Origin: Chloroflexota bacterium
GTDB taxonomy: Bacteria > Chloroflexota > UBA11872 > VXNJ01
DNA length: 64,000 nt
NCBI GenBank assembly: GCA_965261345.1
Contig: OZ253449.1
Location: 832,001-896,000, forward strand
Direction of reading: 5' to 3'
A program made the position numbers and the translations under genes. The notes below the pieces were generated by a model. The model was not told the DNA's origin, made no database searches, and saw only the letters and a list, made by a program, of their open reading frames with translations. Positions within the stretch are counted from its first letter, which is position 1, and every line of letters starts with the position of its first letter. Below, in pieces: positions 31,532-41,298 of the stretch.

Positions 31532-32227
31532 TTGGCAATAGCTAGTCAAAACTCCACCGAATGCGATGATCTGGCCTTTGCCGATTCGCGCCGCAGCGTT
31601 GGCAATCGACCTGGGCGGACTGCCTGGCGGCGGCGGCGGCGCACCTGGTCATCTGATATTCAGGTCGTCTTTGACAAGGACCCGGCCGCGCGCAACATCG
31701 GCGAGGTGATGCTCTATCAGGGCCTGCACGCCGTCCTGTTGCACCGGCTGGCGCATATTCTCTACACCCGACGGATACCAATCATCCCGCGCTTGATCTC
31801 GCAATTTGCCAGGGTCGTTACCGGCGGAATCGAGATTCACCCGGGCGCCAAGATCGGGCGCCGGTTTTTTATCGATCACGGATCCGGGGTGGTCATCGGG
31901 GCAACCGCCGAAATCGGTGACGACGTGATGCTCTACCACCAGGTAACCCTCGGGGCGACCGGTTGGTGGCGCGATGTCGGACGCCCTGGTGGGCGCCGCC
32001 ACCCAATAATTGGAAATTGCGTCACGATCGGCTCGGGCGCCTCGGTCCTGGGACCGGTTACGATCGGCCACAACTCCAAGATCGGGGCGATGGCGCTGGT
32101 GGTAGAAGACGTTCCACCGCGTTCTGTCGTGGTCGGTCCGCCGGCAACTTATCTGGTCAAGGAGGGCGTGCGAACGTATGGCCTGCGCATGCGCTCTTCC
32201 GGTGTTCCGCCCGAATACCAAATCTAA
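31532..32227 (+). CDS. cysE: serine O-acetyltransferase (CysE/EpsC family)
   Basis: DPAA, IEIHPGA, FIDHG and RHP motifs; start uncertain. Confidence 0.8.
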   Translation: MAIASQNSTECDDLAFADSRRSVGNRPGRTAWRRRRRTWSSDIQVVFDKDPAARNIGEVMLYQGLHAVLLHRLAHILYTRRIPIIPRLISQFARVVTGGIEIHPGAKIGRRFFIDHGSGVVIGATAEIGDDVMLYHQVTLGATGWWRDVGRPGGRRHPIIGNCVTIGSGASVLGPVTIGHNSKIGAMALVVEDVPPRSVVVGPPATYLVKEGVRTYGLRMRSSGVPPEYQI

Positions 32228-32266
32228 TTTACGGCCGCGGCGGCGGAATTTAGGGGCATCAGCCCG

Positions 32267-34018
32267 ATGTTGATGTCACGGTATTTCGGCCGCACCCTGC
32301 GCGAGGACCCAGTCGGCGCGACTACCGCGTCGCACCGACTGCTGGTGCGATCGGGAATGATCCAGCAGCTTGGCGCGGGCATTTACTCCTATCTCCCGGC
32401 AGCCTATCGGGCGTTGGCCAGGATTGAGCAGATCGTCGCCGAGGAGATGGACCGGATAGATGGTCAGCGCATCGAGATGCCGGTCGTCCACCCCGCCGAT
32501 CTTTGGAAGCAGAGTCGGCGCTGGTACGACGTCGGCGATGAGATGGTCCGGTTCCACGATCGCCAAGGTCACGACATGGTGCTGGCCATGACCCACGAGG
32601 AAGTCGTTGCCGATCTGGCCGCTGCCCATATTTCCTCCTATCGCGATCTGCCAGTGATGGTGTATCAGATCCAGACCAAATTTCGTGACGAGCCCAGATC
32701 GCGGGCCGGCCTAGTGCGAGTGCGCGAATTTGCAATGAAGGATGCCTACAGCCTCCATTGCGACGAGGACCAGATGCGCGCCTACTACGCCCGGGTGGTG
32801 GATGCCTACGTGCGGATTTTTCGCCGCTGCGGGCTGGAGGCGGTGGTCGTTGAGTCTTCGACCGGCATGATGGGTGGATCGACCGCACACGAATTCATGC
32901 TGCTCGATCCGAGCGGCGAAGATACCGTGCTCGTCTGCCCGGGGTGTGGATATGCCGCCAACCAGGAAGTGGCCCGGGCCCGACCAGCAGCCGCTGGCAA
33001 GGCTGAACCGCTGCCGCTGCACGAAGTGGCCACTCCGGGCGCCCGAACAATCGACCAGGTCGCCCGCTTCCTGGAGATTGACCCGGCCGGGACCGCCAAG
33101 GCGGTCTTTTATCATGCCGGCGGAGAGCTGGTGTTTGCGCTAATCCGCGGTGACCGCGACGTCAACGAGGCCAAGCTGGCCGCCCATCTGCAGTCTGATC
33201 TCAAGCCCGCCGAGAGCGATCTGCTGGAACGGGCCGGGGTCGTGGCCGGATTTGCCTCGCCGGTCGGGCTCTCCGGCCCCAGGGTGGTGGTGGACCGCTC
33301 GGTGGCCGAAACCGCCAACCTGGTCGGTGGCGCCAATCGCCCCGACTATCACCTGGCCAATACCAACTACCCGCGCGACTACGAAGGGGAATTGTGCGAC
33401 ATCAGCCAGGTCATCGGCGGCGACGGTTGTCCGCAATGTGACGACAGCCTGCTGGCGGCACGGGCGGTCGAATTGGGTAACACCTTCCAGCTCGGATACG
33501 GCTATTCACAGAAACGCGGCGCTTTGTACCTTGATCCCGACGGCCAGCAGCGGCCGTTTTTCATGTGCTCGTACGGGATAGGGATCGGCCGCATTCTGGG
33601 GACCGTGATAGAACGTTGGAACGATCGCAACGGAATGATCCTGCCCGCCAGCATCGCGCCCTGGAACGTACACATCGTCCAACTTGGGGAATCCCCCGCA
33701 GTGGCCGCTTGCGCAATCGAGCTGGAGCGGTCGCTTGGCGAATTGGGCCTGCAGGTGCTGCGCGACGACCGGGATCTGAGTGCCGGCGTCAAATTCAACG
33801 ATGCCGACCTGCTGGGACTGCCAATCCGCCTGACCGTATCGACCCGCAACCTCAAGGCCGACCAAGTCGAGCTGAAACTGCGCGATTCGAGTGAACGAGA
33901 GATGTTCGCAATCACCGATGTGGCCGGGGCGACGTTGGACCGACATCACGAGCTACTCTCCCGCACCGATCCGGAGCGGCAGCGCTGGGACCCGCTCGCC
34001 GAAATTGACACCAACTGA
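32267..34018 (+). CDS. proS: proline--tRNA ligase (with editing domain)
   Basis: THEE, KFRDEPR, REFAMKDAYS, YGIGIGR and GVKFNDADLLG motifs. Confidence 0.97.
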   Translation: MLMSRYFGRTLREDPVGATTASHRLLVRSGMIQQLGAGIYSYLPAAYRALARIEQIVAEEMDRIDGQRIEMPVVHPADLWKQSRRWYDVGDEMVRFHDRQGHDMVLAMTHEEVVADLAAAHISSYRDLPVMVYQIQTKFRDEPRSRAGLVRVREFAMKDAYSLHCDEDQMRAYYARVVDAYVRIFRRCGLEAVVVESSTGMMGGSTAHEFMLLDPSGEDTVLVCPGCGYAANQEVARARPAAAGKAEPLPLHEVATPGARTIDQVARFLEIDPAGTAKAVFYHAGGELVFALIRGDRDVNEAKLAAHLQSDLKPAESDLLERAGVVAGFASPVGLSGPRVVVDRSVAETANLVGGANRPDYHLANTNYPRDYEGELCDISQVIGGDGCPQCDDSLLAARAVELGNTFQLGYGYSQKRGALYLDPDGQQRPFFMCSYGIGIGRILGTVIERWNDRNGMILPASIAPWNVHIVQLGESPAVAACAIELERSLGELGLQVLRDDRDLSAGVKFNDADLLGLPIRLTVSTRNLKADQVELKLRDSSEREMFAITDVAGATLDRHHELLSRTDPERQRWDPLAEIDTN

Positions 34019-35118
34019 ACGCCGACTATTACTGTCCACGCTGTGGACCGGGTCGACCCAACCGATTGGCTCTGTGTGCTGCCTGCGGATTGCTGCTGTC
34101 GCCGGCCCCGGCGGCGAAGATCCCGCTAGCGGAAATCGCCCCGGCGGCGGGCCCGGGCATCTGGGCGTGGTCGGACCTGTTGGGATTTGCTGCCGGCCGC
34201 GACCGGCTAACCCTGGGCGAGGCCAACGCGCCGCTGAAAGCGATTCCGCGCTGGGGTCGGTCGGTCGGATTGCCCCGGTCGGAAACAATGCTTGAATTCC
34301 TCTCGCCCAGCGAGAGTTTCAAGGATCGCGGCGCAGTCCTGGTTGCCGCCCGCCTCGGGGCGGCCGGATTTGACCGCCTGGTTGAGGATTCGTCCGGGAA
34401 TGCCGGGGCGGCGTTGGCCGCCTACTGTGCTGCCGCCGGACTGAACTGTCAGATATTTGCCCCGGCCGACGCCGATCCGCCCAAGCTAGCCCAAATCGCT
34501 GCCTACGGAGCAATCGTTACGCCAACCGGCAGAGCACGCAGCAACGCAGCGGTCGCCGCAAGAGCGGAGGCCGCCCAACCGGGTACGGTGTACGCCTCGC
34601 ATGTCCGCGATCCGGCCTTTCTGCTGGGGATGAAATCATTCCTACTGAGCCTGTGCTTTCAGCGCGATCAGACCCTTCCCGATCACATCGTCTTTCCGAC
34701 CGGCAACGGCGGCCTGTTGCTCGGTACCGCACTGGCGCTGGCCGACATCACCCTGCCCGCAGGGCAAGACAGTCCGCATCTCCATGCGGCCCAGGCCCGA
34801 GCGGTTTCGCCGCTGGCAGATTCCGGGTTCGAACCCCAAGGATCCACCATTGCCAGCGGAATCGCGGTGGCCAATCCGGAACGATTCGAGCAGATTTGTA
34901 CAGCGGTCAAATTGAGCGGCGGCAAAGTCGCAACTGTTACTGATAATCAGATCAGGCGGGCGGGCGCCGATCTGGCCGCAAACGAAGGCATATACGTTGA
35001 ACCGACGGCAGCTGCCGGATTTGCCGCCGCTGCCCAATTGGCGAGTGCTGGCCTGATCGGGTCTGATGAATCGGTGTTGATCCCGGCCACCGGCAGTGGA
35101 TTAAAGTCCTACACATGA
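34015..35118 (+). CDS. threonine synthase-like PLP-dependent enzyme
   Basis: SFKDRG, DSSGNAG, PTGNG and EPT motifs. The N-terminal CPRC...CAAC ribbon needs a CTG start at 34015. Confidence 0.8.
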   Translation: MNADYYCPRCGPGRPNRLALCAACGLLLSPAPAAKIPLAEIAPAAGPGIWAWSDLLGFAAGRDRLTLGEANAPLKAIPRWGRSVGLPRSETMLEFLSPSESFKDRGAVLVAARLGAAGFDRLVEDSSGNAGAALAAYCAAAGLNCQIFAPADADPPKLAQIAAYGAIVTPTGRARSNAAVAARAEAAQPGTVYASHVRDPAFLLGMKSFLLSLCFQRDQTLPDHIVFPTGNGGLLLGTALALADITLPAGQDSPHLHAAQARAVSPLADSGFEPQGSTIASGIAVANPERFEQICTAVKLSGGKVATVTDNQIRRAGADLAANEGIYVEPTAAAGFAAAAQLASAGLIGSDESVLIPATGSGLKSYT

Positions 35119-35903
35119 AAACAACGCGCTGGTTATTGCCCCTTCTGCTGGCCCTGACAATCGCCCTCGTTGCCTGCGGCGACCCGGAGCCGGAACCGAT
35201 CTCAGAGCCGGTCGCGGTCGCACCAGTCACCGCGCCAACCGCCGCGCCGACCCCGACCCCGGAGCCGACTCCGGAGCCCTTTACGGCCGCGGGTTACCTG
35301 GCCAAGCTGGCCGACGAGCCGCCTAGTTCGGTCCGCATGCGTACCTTGGTTGAGGACTATGCCGGGGCCCCGGCGGGCATTGCTTTCGCCGTCGAAACCG
35401 TCTCGATTCCGGCTCACACCGGGCGCCAAACCGTAGGCCTGGACGTGATCAGCGAGGGCGAGAAGAAGGCCCGGATCGATCTTCTCCTCGATGGGGACTT
35501 CATCTACATAAACCCGCCTGGCACCGAACGGTGGCTACGCACCCTGCGCGAAACCGAAGGAACCGATGCAACCGCCTCCGAAATACTGCCGATCGCCGAC
35601 CAGACATCCGGGTTCTTTGCCGCACTGCCCGACCCGGCAACCGTCAGCTACGAGGGCGAGAACGACTGTGACGGGGTGCCCTGCCACATTCTGGTCGGCG
35701 AATCAGTCACCCTGGAGGTGCGGGTCGAGGACCTGGTGCCGATCAGGATCGTTTCCGAGTTCAATGACGGGACACCGGTGGTAATCGAAATCGTCGGTTG
35801 GGACGAAGGCTTAGAAATAGAGATCCCAGGGGATTCCCGCGACGTTCCAGCGAGCGCGTTCTGGCAATTGGTAATTACCATCCTTGCCGGTGCGTTTACC
35901 TAG
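35115..35903 (+). CDS. lipoprotein of unknown function
   Basis: Lipobox LVAC followed by a Pro/Thr linker. Confidence 0.75.
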   Translation: MKTTRWLLPLLLALTIALVACGDPEPEPISEPVAVAPVTAPTAAPTPTPEPTPEPFTAAGYLAKLADEPPSSVRMRTLVEDYAGAPAGIAFAVETVSIPAHTGRQTVGLDVISEGEKKARIDLLLDGDFIYINPPGTERWLRTLRETEGTDATASEILPIADQTSGFFAALPDPATVSYEGENDCDGVPCHILVGESVTLEVRVEDLVPIRIVSEFNDGTPVVIEIVGWDEGLEIEIPGDSRDVPASAFWQLVITILAGAFT

Positions 35904-35912
35904 GCGGCCCCA

Positions 35913-36668
35913 CTGACTTGGCGGGCGCGCCGCTGCGTCGCCTACGCCATGCTCATTGTGGTGATCCTGGCCGGTTGTGGCGAGGAGGAATCCGCCCTGC
36001 CCAGCGGGCCGATGGTGAACGCGCCATTTTCGATTCAAAGCTGGATCGAACACTGGGACCTGAACCAACCCCGCTCGGTGCGAATTACCACCAGCATCGA
36101 CGGTGGCTTCCTGCCCGGCGATCTGGGGCTGCAAATCGAGATGGTCGGGAATGCGAATCGCGAATCGGACGATTCGCTGGCGGCCAACCTTCAGATCCTA
36201 GAAGATAGCCGGGTCAAGCAGGAGCTTGAATTCTTCCTGCAGGGCGGTGACCTATACGCGCTGCCCGACGCCGCGCTCGACAACTGGATCGTGGTCAAGG
36301 GATCTGAATCTGAGGATGTGCGCGGTATGTTCGCAGATGCCGAAGACGGACTGGCGCTACTTACCAGATTCGAGCAGCGCAGTGATCTCTCCCATGCCCG
36401 CACCGGCCCGTGCGGAACGGAAGAGTGCCACTATCTGGAAGGGGAGGATATAGCTATCGCGGTGCATTCGGGTCACTGGATTCCGCGCTACGCCCTGCTC
36501 GGCAATTCCGCGGGCGAATCGGGGGAGCCTGCAGCCGAATCACTGCGTTTGGACATCATCGGTTGGGACGAAGAGTTACTGCTCGCGCCCCCAGCCGGCG
36601 CCCGCGAGGTATCCGAAGACGAATTATTCAGTGTTCTGTTCACGCTGTTTGCGATGCAGCTGCTTTAG
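35913..36668 (+). CDS. lipoprotein of unknown function, paralog of the upstream gene
   Basis: Lipobox LAGC; shared C-x4-CH and GWDE motifs. Start is CTG 35913 or ATG 35949. Confidence 0.7.
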   Translation: MTWRARRCVAYAMLIVVILAGCGEEESALPSGPMVNAPFSIQSWIEHWDLNQPRSVRITTSIDGGFLPGDLGLQIEMVGNANRESDDSLAANLQILEDSRVKQELEFFLQGGDLYALPDAALDNWIVVKGSESEDVRGMFADAEDGLALLTRFEQRSDLSHARTGPCGTEECHYLEGEDIAIAVHSGHWIPRYALLGNSAGESGEPAAESLRLDIIGWDEELLLAPPAGAREVSEDELFSVLFTLFAMQLL

Positions 36669-37490
36669 ATGAATCCACCCGAATCGGCCGGGTTTACCGG
36701 CAGCCAGATCCGCGAGCTGATCCGCGCCGGGTCGTGGAGAGGTCCGACCGCCGGCGCGGCAACACGCTATGTCCAGGCAAATCTGGTCATCGTGGAAACC
36801 ACAATGGCCGATGAGTTCGAGGAGTTCTGCAATGCCAATCCCAAACCGTGCCCATTGCTGGAACGGCTCCCGAACGGGGATCCGCATCCTATCCGGATGG
36901 CCCGCGATTCAAACATCTGCACCGACCTACCACGCTATCGGATATACCGCCGCGGCCGAATGGTTGCCGAAGTCGAAAACATCTCCGAGTACTGGAACAA
37001 GGAGTTGACCGGTTTTCTGACCGGCTGCAGCTTCACTTTCGAGAAGCGTTTGGATGCGGCTGGAATTCCAATACGCCACATTGAATGCGGGACCAATGTG
37101 CCCATGTATGTGACCAACATCGACTGCCAGGCGGTCGGGAGATTGGCCGGCCCGATGGTTGTTTCGATGCGGCCGGTGGCAATGGACCAAGTAGCAAGAG
37201 CGGTGGCGATTACCGCCCAGGTCCCCCAGGTTCATGGTTCTCCGGTCCACAGCGGTGCTCCCGAAGCGATCGGCATCAAGGATCTGGGTCGTCCTGATTG
37301 GGGCGATCCGGTGCCGCTATATGCCGGTGAGATTCCGGTGTTTTGGGCCTGCGGGGTAACCCCTCAGGCGATTGCCCAGTCAGCCAAGCTTCCGCTGATG
37401 ATTACCCATGCGCCCGGCCACATGTACGTCTCGGACTTGCTTGAAGCATATCTGGACAAGGCAATCCCTAGTTCTCGGCAAAGCGGGTAA
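36669..37490 (+). CDS. DUF1445 / D-glutamate cyclase-like putative hydro-lyase
   Basis: QANL, NPKPCPLL, GCSFTFE, VFWACGVTPQ and THAPGHM motifs. Confidence 0.9.
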   Translation: MNPPESAGFTGSQIRELIRAGSWRGPTAGAATRYVQANLVIVETTMADEFEEFCNANPKPCPLLERLPNGDPHPIRMARDSNICTDLPRYRIYRRGRMVAEVENISEYWNKELTGFLTGCSFTFEKRLDAAGIPIRHIECGTNVPMYVTNIDCQAVGRLAGPMVVSMRPVAMDQVARAVAITAQVPQVHGSPVHSGAPEAIGIKDLGRPDWGDPVPLYAGEIPVFWACGVTPQAIAQSAKLPLMITHAPGHMYVSDLLEAYLDKAIPSSRQSG

Positions 37491-37492
37491 AG

Positions 37493-37831
37493 ATGATCAA
37501 CATGATTTCAGGTCAAGTGTTACGAACCGTAACCGAGAAGGTGATGAGCAAGGTCGGTGAGCAGTTGCCGCGCCTATTGGCCGAGTATGCCGGCCCGGTA
37601 ACCAGTGGGGACCCAGCCTCAATTCAACTGGCCGCCGCCCAAACCGAGCGGCAGCGCCTCCGCGAACAACTGAAAGTCGTAAACGGGCGAGTCGATGCGC
37701 TCACCGCGCAGATCGCCGCATTGGAACGGCGTATTGAAAAACGCGATATCTGGTTGTGGGCCCTGGGCGGTGCCTGGATCGTATCGACCGCCGGAATCGC
37801 CCTCTTGGCGATTGCCCCGTATCTGGGGTAG
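37493..37831 (+). CDS. hypothetical protein (coiled coil plus C-terminal TM segment)
   Basis: Sits 2 nt after the upstream gene; heptad-rich region followed by a hydrophobic tail. Confidence 0.6.
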   Translation: MINMISGQVLRTVTEKVMSKVGEQLPRLLAEYAGPVTSGDPASIQLAAAQTERQRLREQLKVVNGRVDALTAQIAALERRIEKRDIWLWALGGAWIVSTAGIALLAIAPYLG

Positions 37832-37834
37832 CCT

Positions 37835-38455
37835 CTAGACGGCGGCCGCGAACTGCCCGCGGCGCACCCGCCCCGGCTCGGGGACCGAAGCCCCGGAGCG
37901 TTCCAGCAACCCGTTTGACGGGCAAGTTGAGCAGCTCCCACCCCCGCACGCTCCGCTCTGGGTTTGGCGGCGGGCGCCCAGGTTTCGAAGTTGCAGGCCC
38001 ACTCCTGGAAACCGCTTGGACAATTCCTTGCGCAGGCTAAAGCCGGAGTAAGCCTGGTCGCAGCGGAACCGAAACCGCAGCCTTGAACCATCGAAGCTGA
38101 AATCGGCATGCACGGACGAGACTTCCAGCCCCGCTGAAAACGCCGCCCGGAAAAATTCCATGCGGGCGGCAACCTCACCTAATACGTGGCGGTGCAGGCT
38201 GGCCAGGTCCTGCGGGCTGGCAGTTCGCAGGATCCGTCTACCCTGTAGCGGAGTATCTGAAGCGGCTGGGCTGGTAGCCAGCATAACTTTGGCGATTTCG
38301 GGACCCGACGAGGTGCGCACAATCGCCATCGTCCCGACTTCAAGCTCGAAACCGTTGGCATCGCAAAAGAGCAGCCGGCGGCTGCGCCGCAGGCGCACGC
38401 CAGCAACCTTTTGGGAACTAAGCTCGGCCGGGACCGAAGGGACAACGTTTAACAC
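37835..38455 (-). CDS. PSP1 (RicT/YaaT-like) domain protein
   Basis: VAGVRL...GTMAIVRTSSGPEIAKV...ILRTA...FSFDGSRLRF...LRKELS pattern; start approximate. Confidence 0.7.
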   Translation of the reverse strand: MLNVVPSVPAELSSQKVAGVRLRRSRRLLFCDANGFELEVGTMAIVRTSSGPEIAKVMLATSPAASDTPLQGRRILRTASPQDLASLHRHVLGEVAARMEFFRAAFSAGLEVSSVHADFSFDGSRLRFRFRCDQAYSGFSLRKELSKRFPGVGLQLRNLGARRQTQSGACGGGSCSTCPSNGLLERSGASVPEPGRVRRGQFAAAV

Positions 38456-38517
38456 CGGCGATTTTATTGCGCCGGCCCGACCGTCCGACAGCTGCTTGAT
38501 AATGGAATCTTGCTTGC

Positions 38518-38593
38518 GGGCCCATAGCTCAGTGGTTAGAGCGGCCGGCTCATAACCGGTTGGTCGTTGGTTCGAATCCAACTGGGCCCACCA
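38518..38593 (+). tRNA. tRNA with CAT anticodon, most likely tRNA-Ile2 (lysidine)
   Basis: GGGCCCA...TGGGCCC-ACCA acceptor; GCCGG-CT-CAT-AA-CCGGT anticodon arm; body resembles Ile2 rather than Met. Confidence 0.9.
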
Positions 38594-38870
38594 TGACCTA
38601 CCGAATTCATAACTCGCCCGTTCAGAGCGATTTTGCGACTTCGGCTCCCCTCCTAGGGCTTTGTCCATCCGGCGTGGGTACGGAGTAGGCGATGGCGCCC
38701 CTGCCGGGCTTGGCCATAACCTCCTTGGCGAAGGACCCGACGACGGCTTTGGTCTCGGTCAGTTCGCTGGTTTTGAGGAACTCGCTCATCTCGGCGGCGA
38801 AGGTGGTGGTGGTGTCGGAGCTGGCCAGGACCCGACGCCGCTCCGTCAGCTGGCCTCGCGCTTCTGATTA
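38594..38870 (-). pseudogene. C-terminal remnant of a probable large serine recombinase (integrase)
   Basis: Minus-strand translation EARGQLTERRRVL...FAAEMSEFLKTSELTETKAVVGSFAKEV...AIAYSVPTP, then after a frameshift IALNGRVMNSVGHGGP running into the tRNA. Family recognised from memory only. Confidence 0.55.
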
Positions 38871-38879
38871 CCACCACCT

Positions 38880-39520
38880 GCTGGCCTCGCGTACACACTC
38901 TGCCACATGGCTCGCGGCGAAATATCCGGCGTGAGCCAACGTCAATCTGCGACTCCGCCCCGGTCGTCTCTTCGGCCTGCCCGACCATCGGCATCAGCAG
39001 GGCATTGACATTGGCCTGATCCAACACGTCCACGGCGGTGACCAACATGCCGGGTGCCCCTCTTCCGTCTCCATGGGCGGGACCACATCCTGGGCGGTGT
39101 AGCCGGCAACGGTACCCTGTCCGCTCTCCATCAGTCGGAAGTTTGTGTCGCTTCTGACTCCCAAAATCGGCCATCGCTTGCCCCACCGATTCTTCTCAAG
39201 GCCTCCTTGTCGGCCAACTCCTCTGGCAAACGGGCAGCAGAAACGTCTTCTCCCGCTTCGTTTTTCTGTGCCTCAAGGTCGGCTATCACCTTATCCAGGC
39301 GCTCCAACAGCCCTCTCAGTCCTTCGGCATCATTGCTCCTTTTCGCTGAGGCGTTGGCGGCTACCTTCGTGCCATCCACCGCCTGGACCGCCAGATCAGC
39401 CACATCCATGACCACCGGGATGCGCACCGTCCGCTCAAGCAGCTTCCTAATAGCCTGTCGATGGCGTTTGTAGAACCGCCACAGGGTGTTGCGGTCAGGA
39501 TGCTGCCACCCGTGATCAAC
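38880..39520 (-). mobile_element. IS1182-family transposase pseudogene fragment
   Basis: PDRNTLWRF...AVDGTKVAANAS and AHAGY (degenerate ADAGY) segments with frameshifts. Confidence 0.7.
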
Positions 39521-39549
39521 GACTTTGAGATTTGCCGGTCCCGTTGCCT

Positions 39550-41178
39550 TGCCTCACCAAAAAATGTAACCGAAATTTGGGACCGTTTATTTGACTCCGA
39601 TTGGCGCGATTTCACTTACGATTTCGGCGTTCTCAACCGCACCATCAGCACCGTTTACGACCCCGTATACGAGCTCTTTGGCCATAACCGACCGCCATTG
39701 CTTTGAGCCTGCGCTGCAACGTCCGCAGCTGCTTGGGACCGACAGCGTCGGGATGGTTGCGCATGAGTACTTTCAGGATCCCGGTGCCGCTGGCGTCGGG
39801 ATGATCCTGCAGGTAGCTAAGCACCTCGGGCCATATGTGCTCTAGGGGATCTCTACGCGTTCGCCACCAGATACGGCGTTTACGCTTGGGACTCCGGGTG
39901 GGATTGGCATCGCCCTCGCGCCAGAGGTGAGAGAGCCTGGCCAGGAATTGCGACAGATCGTCTCTTTGTACCTTGCTGCGTTCCTTAAGGCGATGCCAAT
40001 GTGGCCAGGGCCGACTGGGCCGCTCGGATCTCGCTAAGGAGCAAGAGCGGATCCAGTTGCAAGCGCGTAGCACGCAATCGCTCCTTGACCTTTTCGGCAA
40101 CAGCGGGATGATCAAGCAGTCGCTGGCAGGGAGTTAAGGGACGGTCGTAGCGCTTCAGGGTCCTGGCCCCGTATCGCTGCTTGGAGATCAGTTTGAAGGA
40201 CGGTTGGAAGAAATTGGTGTAGAGACCAACTAAGGCAAAGAGTCGGGCCAGGGTCTGTCCGGCGATGAATCCGGCAAAGCGTTCGTAGCCGGCAAAGCGC
40301 TCAGATTACGGCGCCGTTCTTCTGTTCGATGAAGGCCTGGTCATTGGAGCGATAGGCACGTGAGCGGGTGAACTCGATTTCACGCTGCTGGCAGTAGTCG
40401 ATAAGAGTCTGGGAGATGAAGGCGCTGTCGTTATCTTTAGTCGTCCGAGCACTGGAATCGGCAACCGCCCGCCTATAACCTCAAGCGCCTCGGTCACCAG
40501 CGTCTGCTCGCGGGCTAGCAGCGGGACTGCTTCAACCCAGCCCGAGGCAACGTCGGTAACTGACAGAGTCTGGATGAAGCTCCCGGCCATGTTGCCACCA
40601 CAATGGGCCACCAGGTCTATTTCCAGGTAACCGGGTTGGGGGCCATGCCAATCGGCAAACGTCCTGATCGGGACCTTGGCGTGATGACGGTTGCGGCGGC
40701 AGGGATTTCGCCGTCGGCTGCTGCCGGCGATCTTGCGCACTGGTTTGAGCATCCGATCGATCGATGCCGGGCTGATTGCGAGCAGCTTGCTTCTAAGGTC
40801 CAGATCAAGCTGCAGGTGGCCATGCCCTTCCAGTGATTCGATCAGGCTGGGCAATATCGCTTGCAATCGTTTGCCGCAGATGCGATCGGCTGCTTCCCTT
40901 AAGGACGATCAAGGAGTCCCTGACGGCCTCGTCGTAGATGCGGTATGAGGACTTGGTGGGCGGTGCCGGATCAGGGCTTGCAGCATTGCCCAGTATTCGG
41001 ATTGCGTATTTGCGGTTGTAGCCGCTAAGGGCTACGAATTCGTCCAGAATCGCGCCCTTGTCGCTCTTGGTCGAGCGCGCATAGCGGTCCTGCAACGCGG
41101 TCAGTATTTCCTTCCGCGCCGCCCGGCTCAGCTTCTTTCCTCGCATCGGTTGCCTCCCTATGGATTTGGGTTACAAAT
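39550..41178 (-). mobile_element. ISNCY-like element with frameshifted integrase-core transposase
   Basis: ORF pieces 40805-41146 (RY...K..ILDEFVALSGYNRKYAIR), 40306-40866 (PGYLEIDLVAHCG...TDVASGW) and 39645-40115 (WRTRRDP...QLRTLQRR). Inverted end motifs TGTAACCGAAAT (39565-39576) and TGTAACCCAAAT (minus strand, 41164-41175). Confidence 0.75.
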
Positions 41179-41298
41179 CTTGTATGTTGGCAATGGGTAG
41201 TCCGGGTGCAGCGGACCGCACAAATCTCGGTCCGCTTTCGCGGGACCGTTCACTAGCATGGGTCGCCGCACCCGGCTCCCGCGGCCAATTACCCGAAC
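41179..41298 (+). ncRNA. IS110 left end with bridge-RNA-like target-binding loop (copy A, truncated)
   Basis: Begins CT-TGTAT; stem CCGGGTGC/GCACCCGG encloses guide ACAAATCT, hairpin CGGTCC..GGACCG and guide CACTAG; homologous to 43272-43383. Confidence 0.75.

Noticed and set aside
35901-36671. In-frame TAG junctions (also leuC/leuD and yidD/yidC) suggesting stop-codon readthrough
   Set aside because: Known genes end at their normal lengths; translational coupling explains the spacing.
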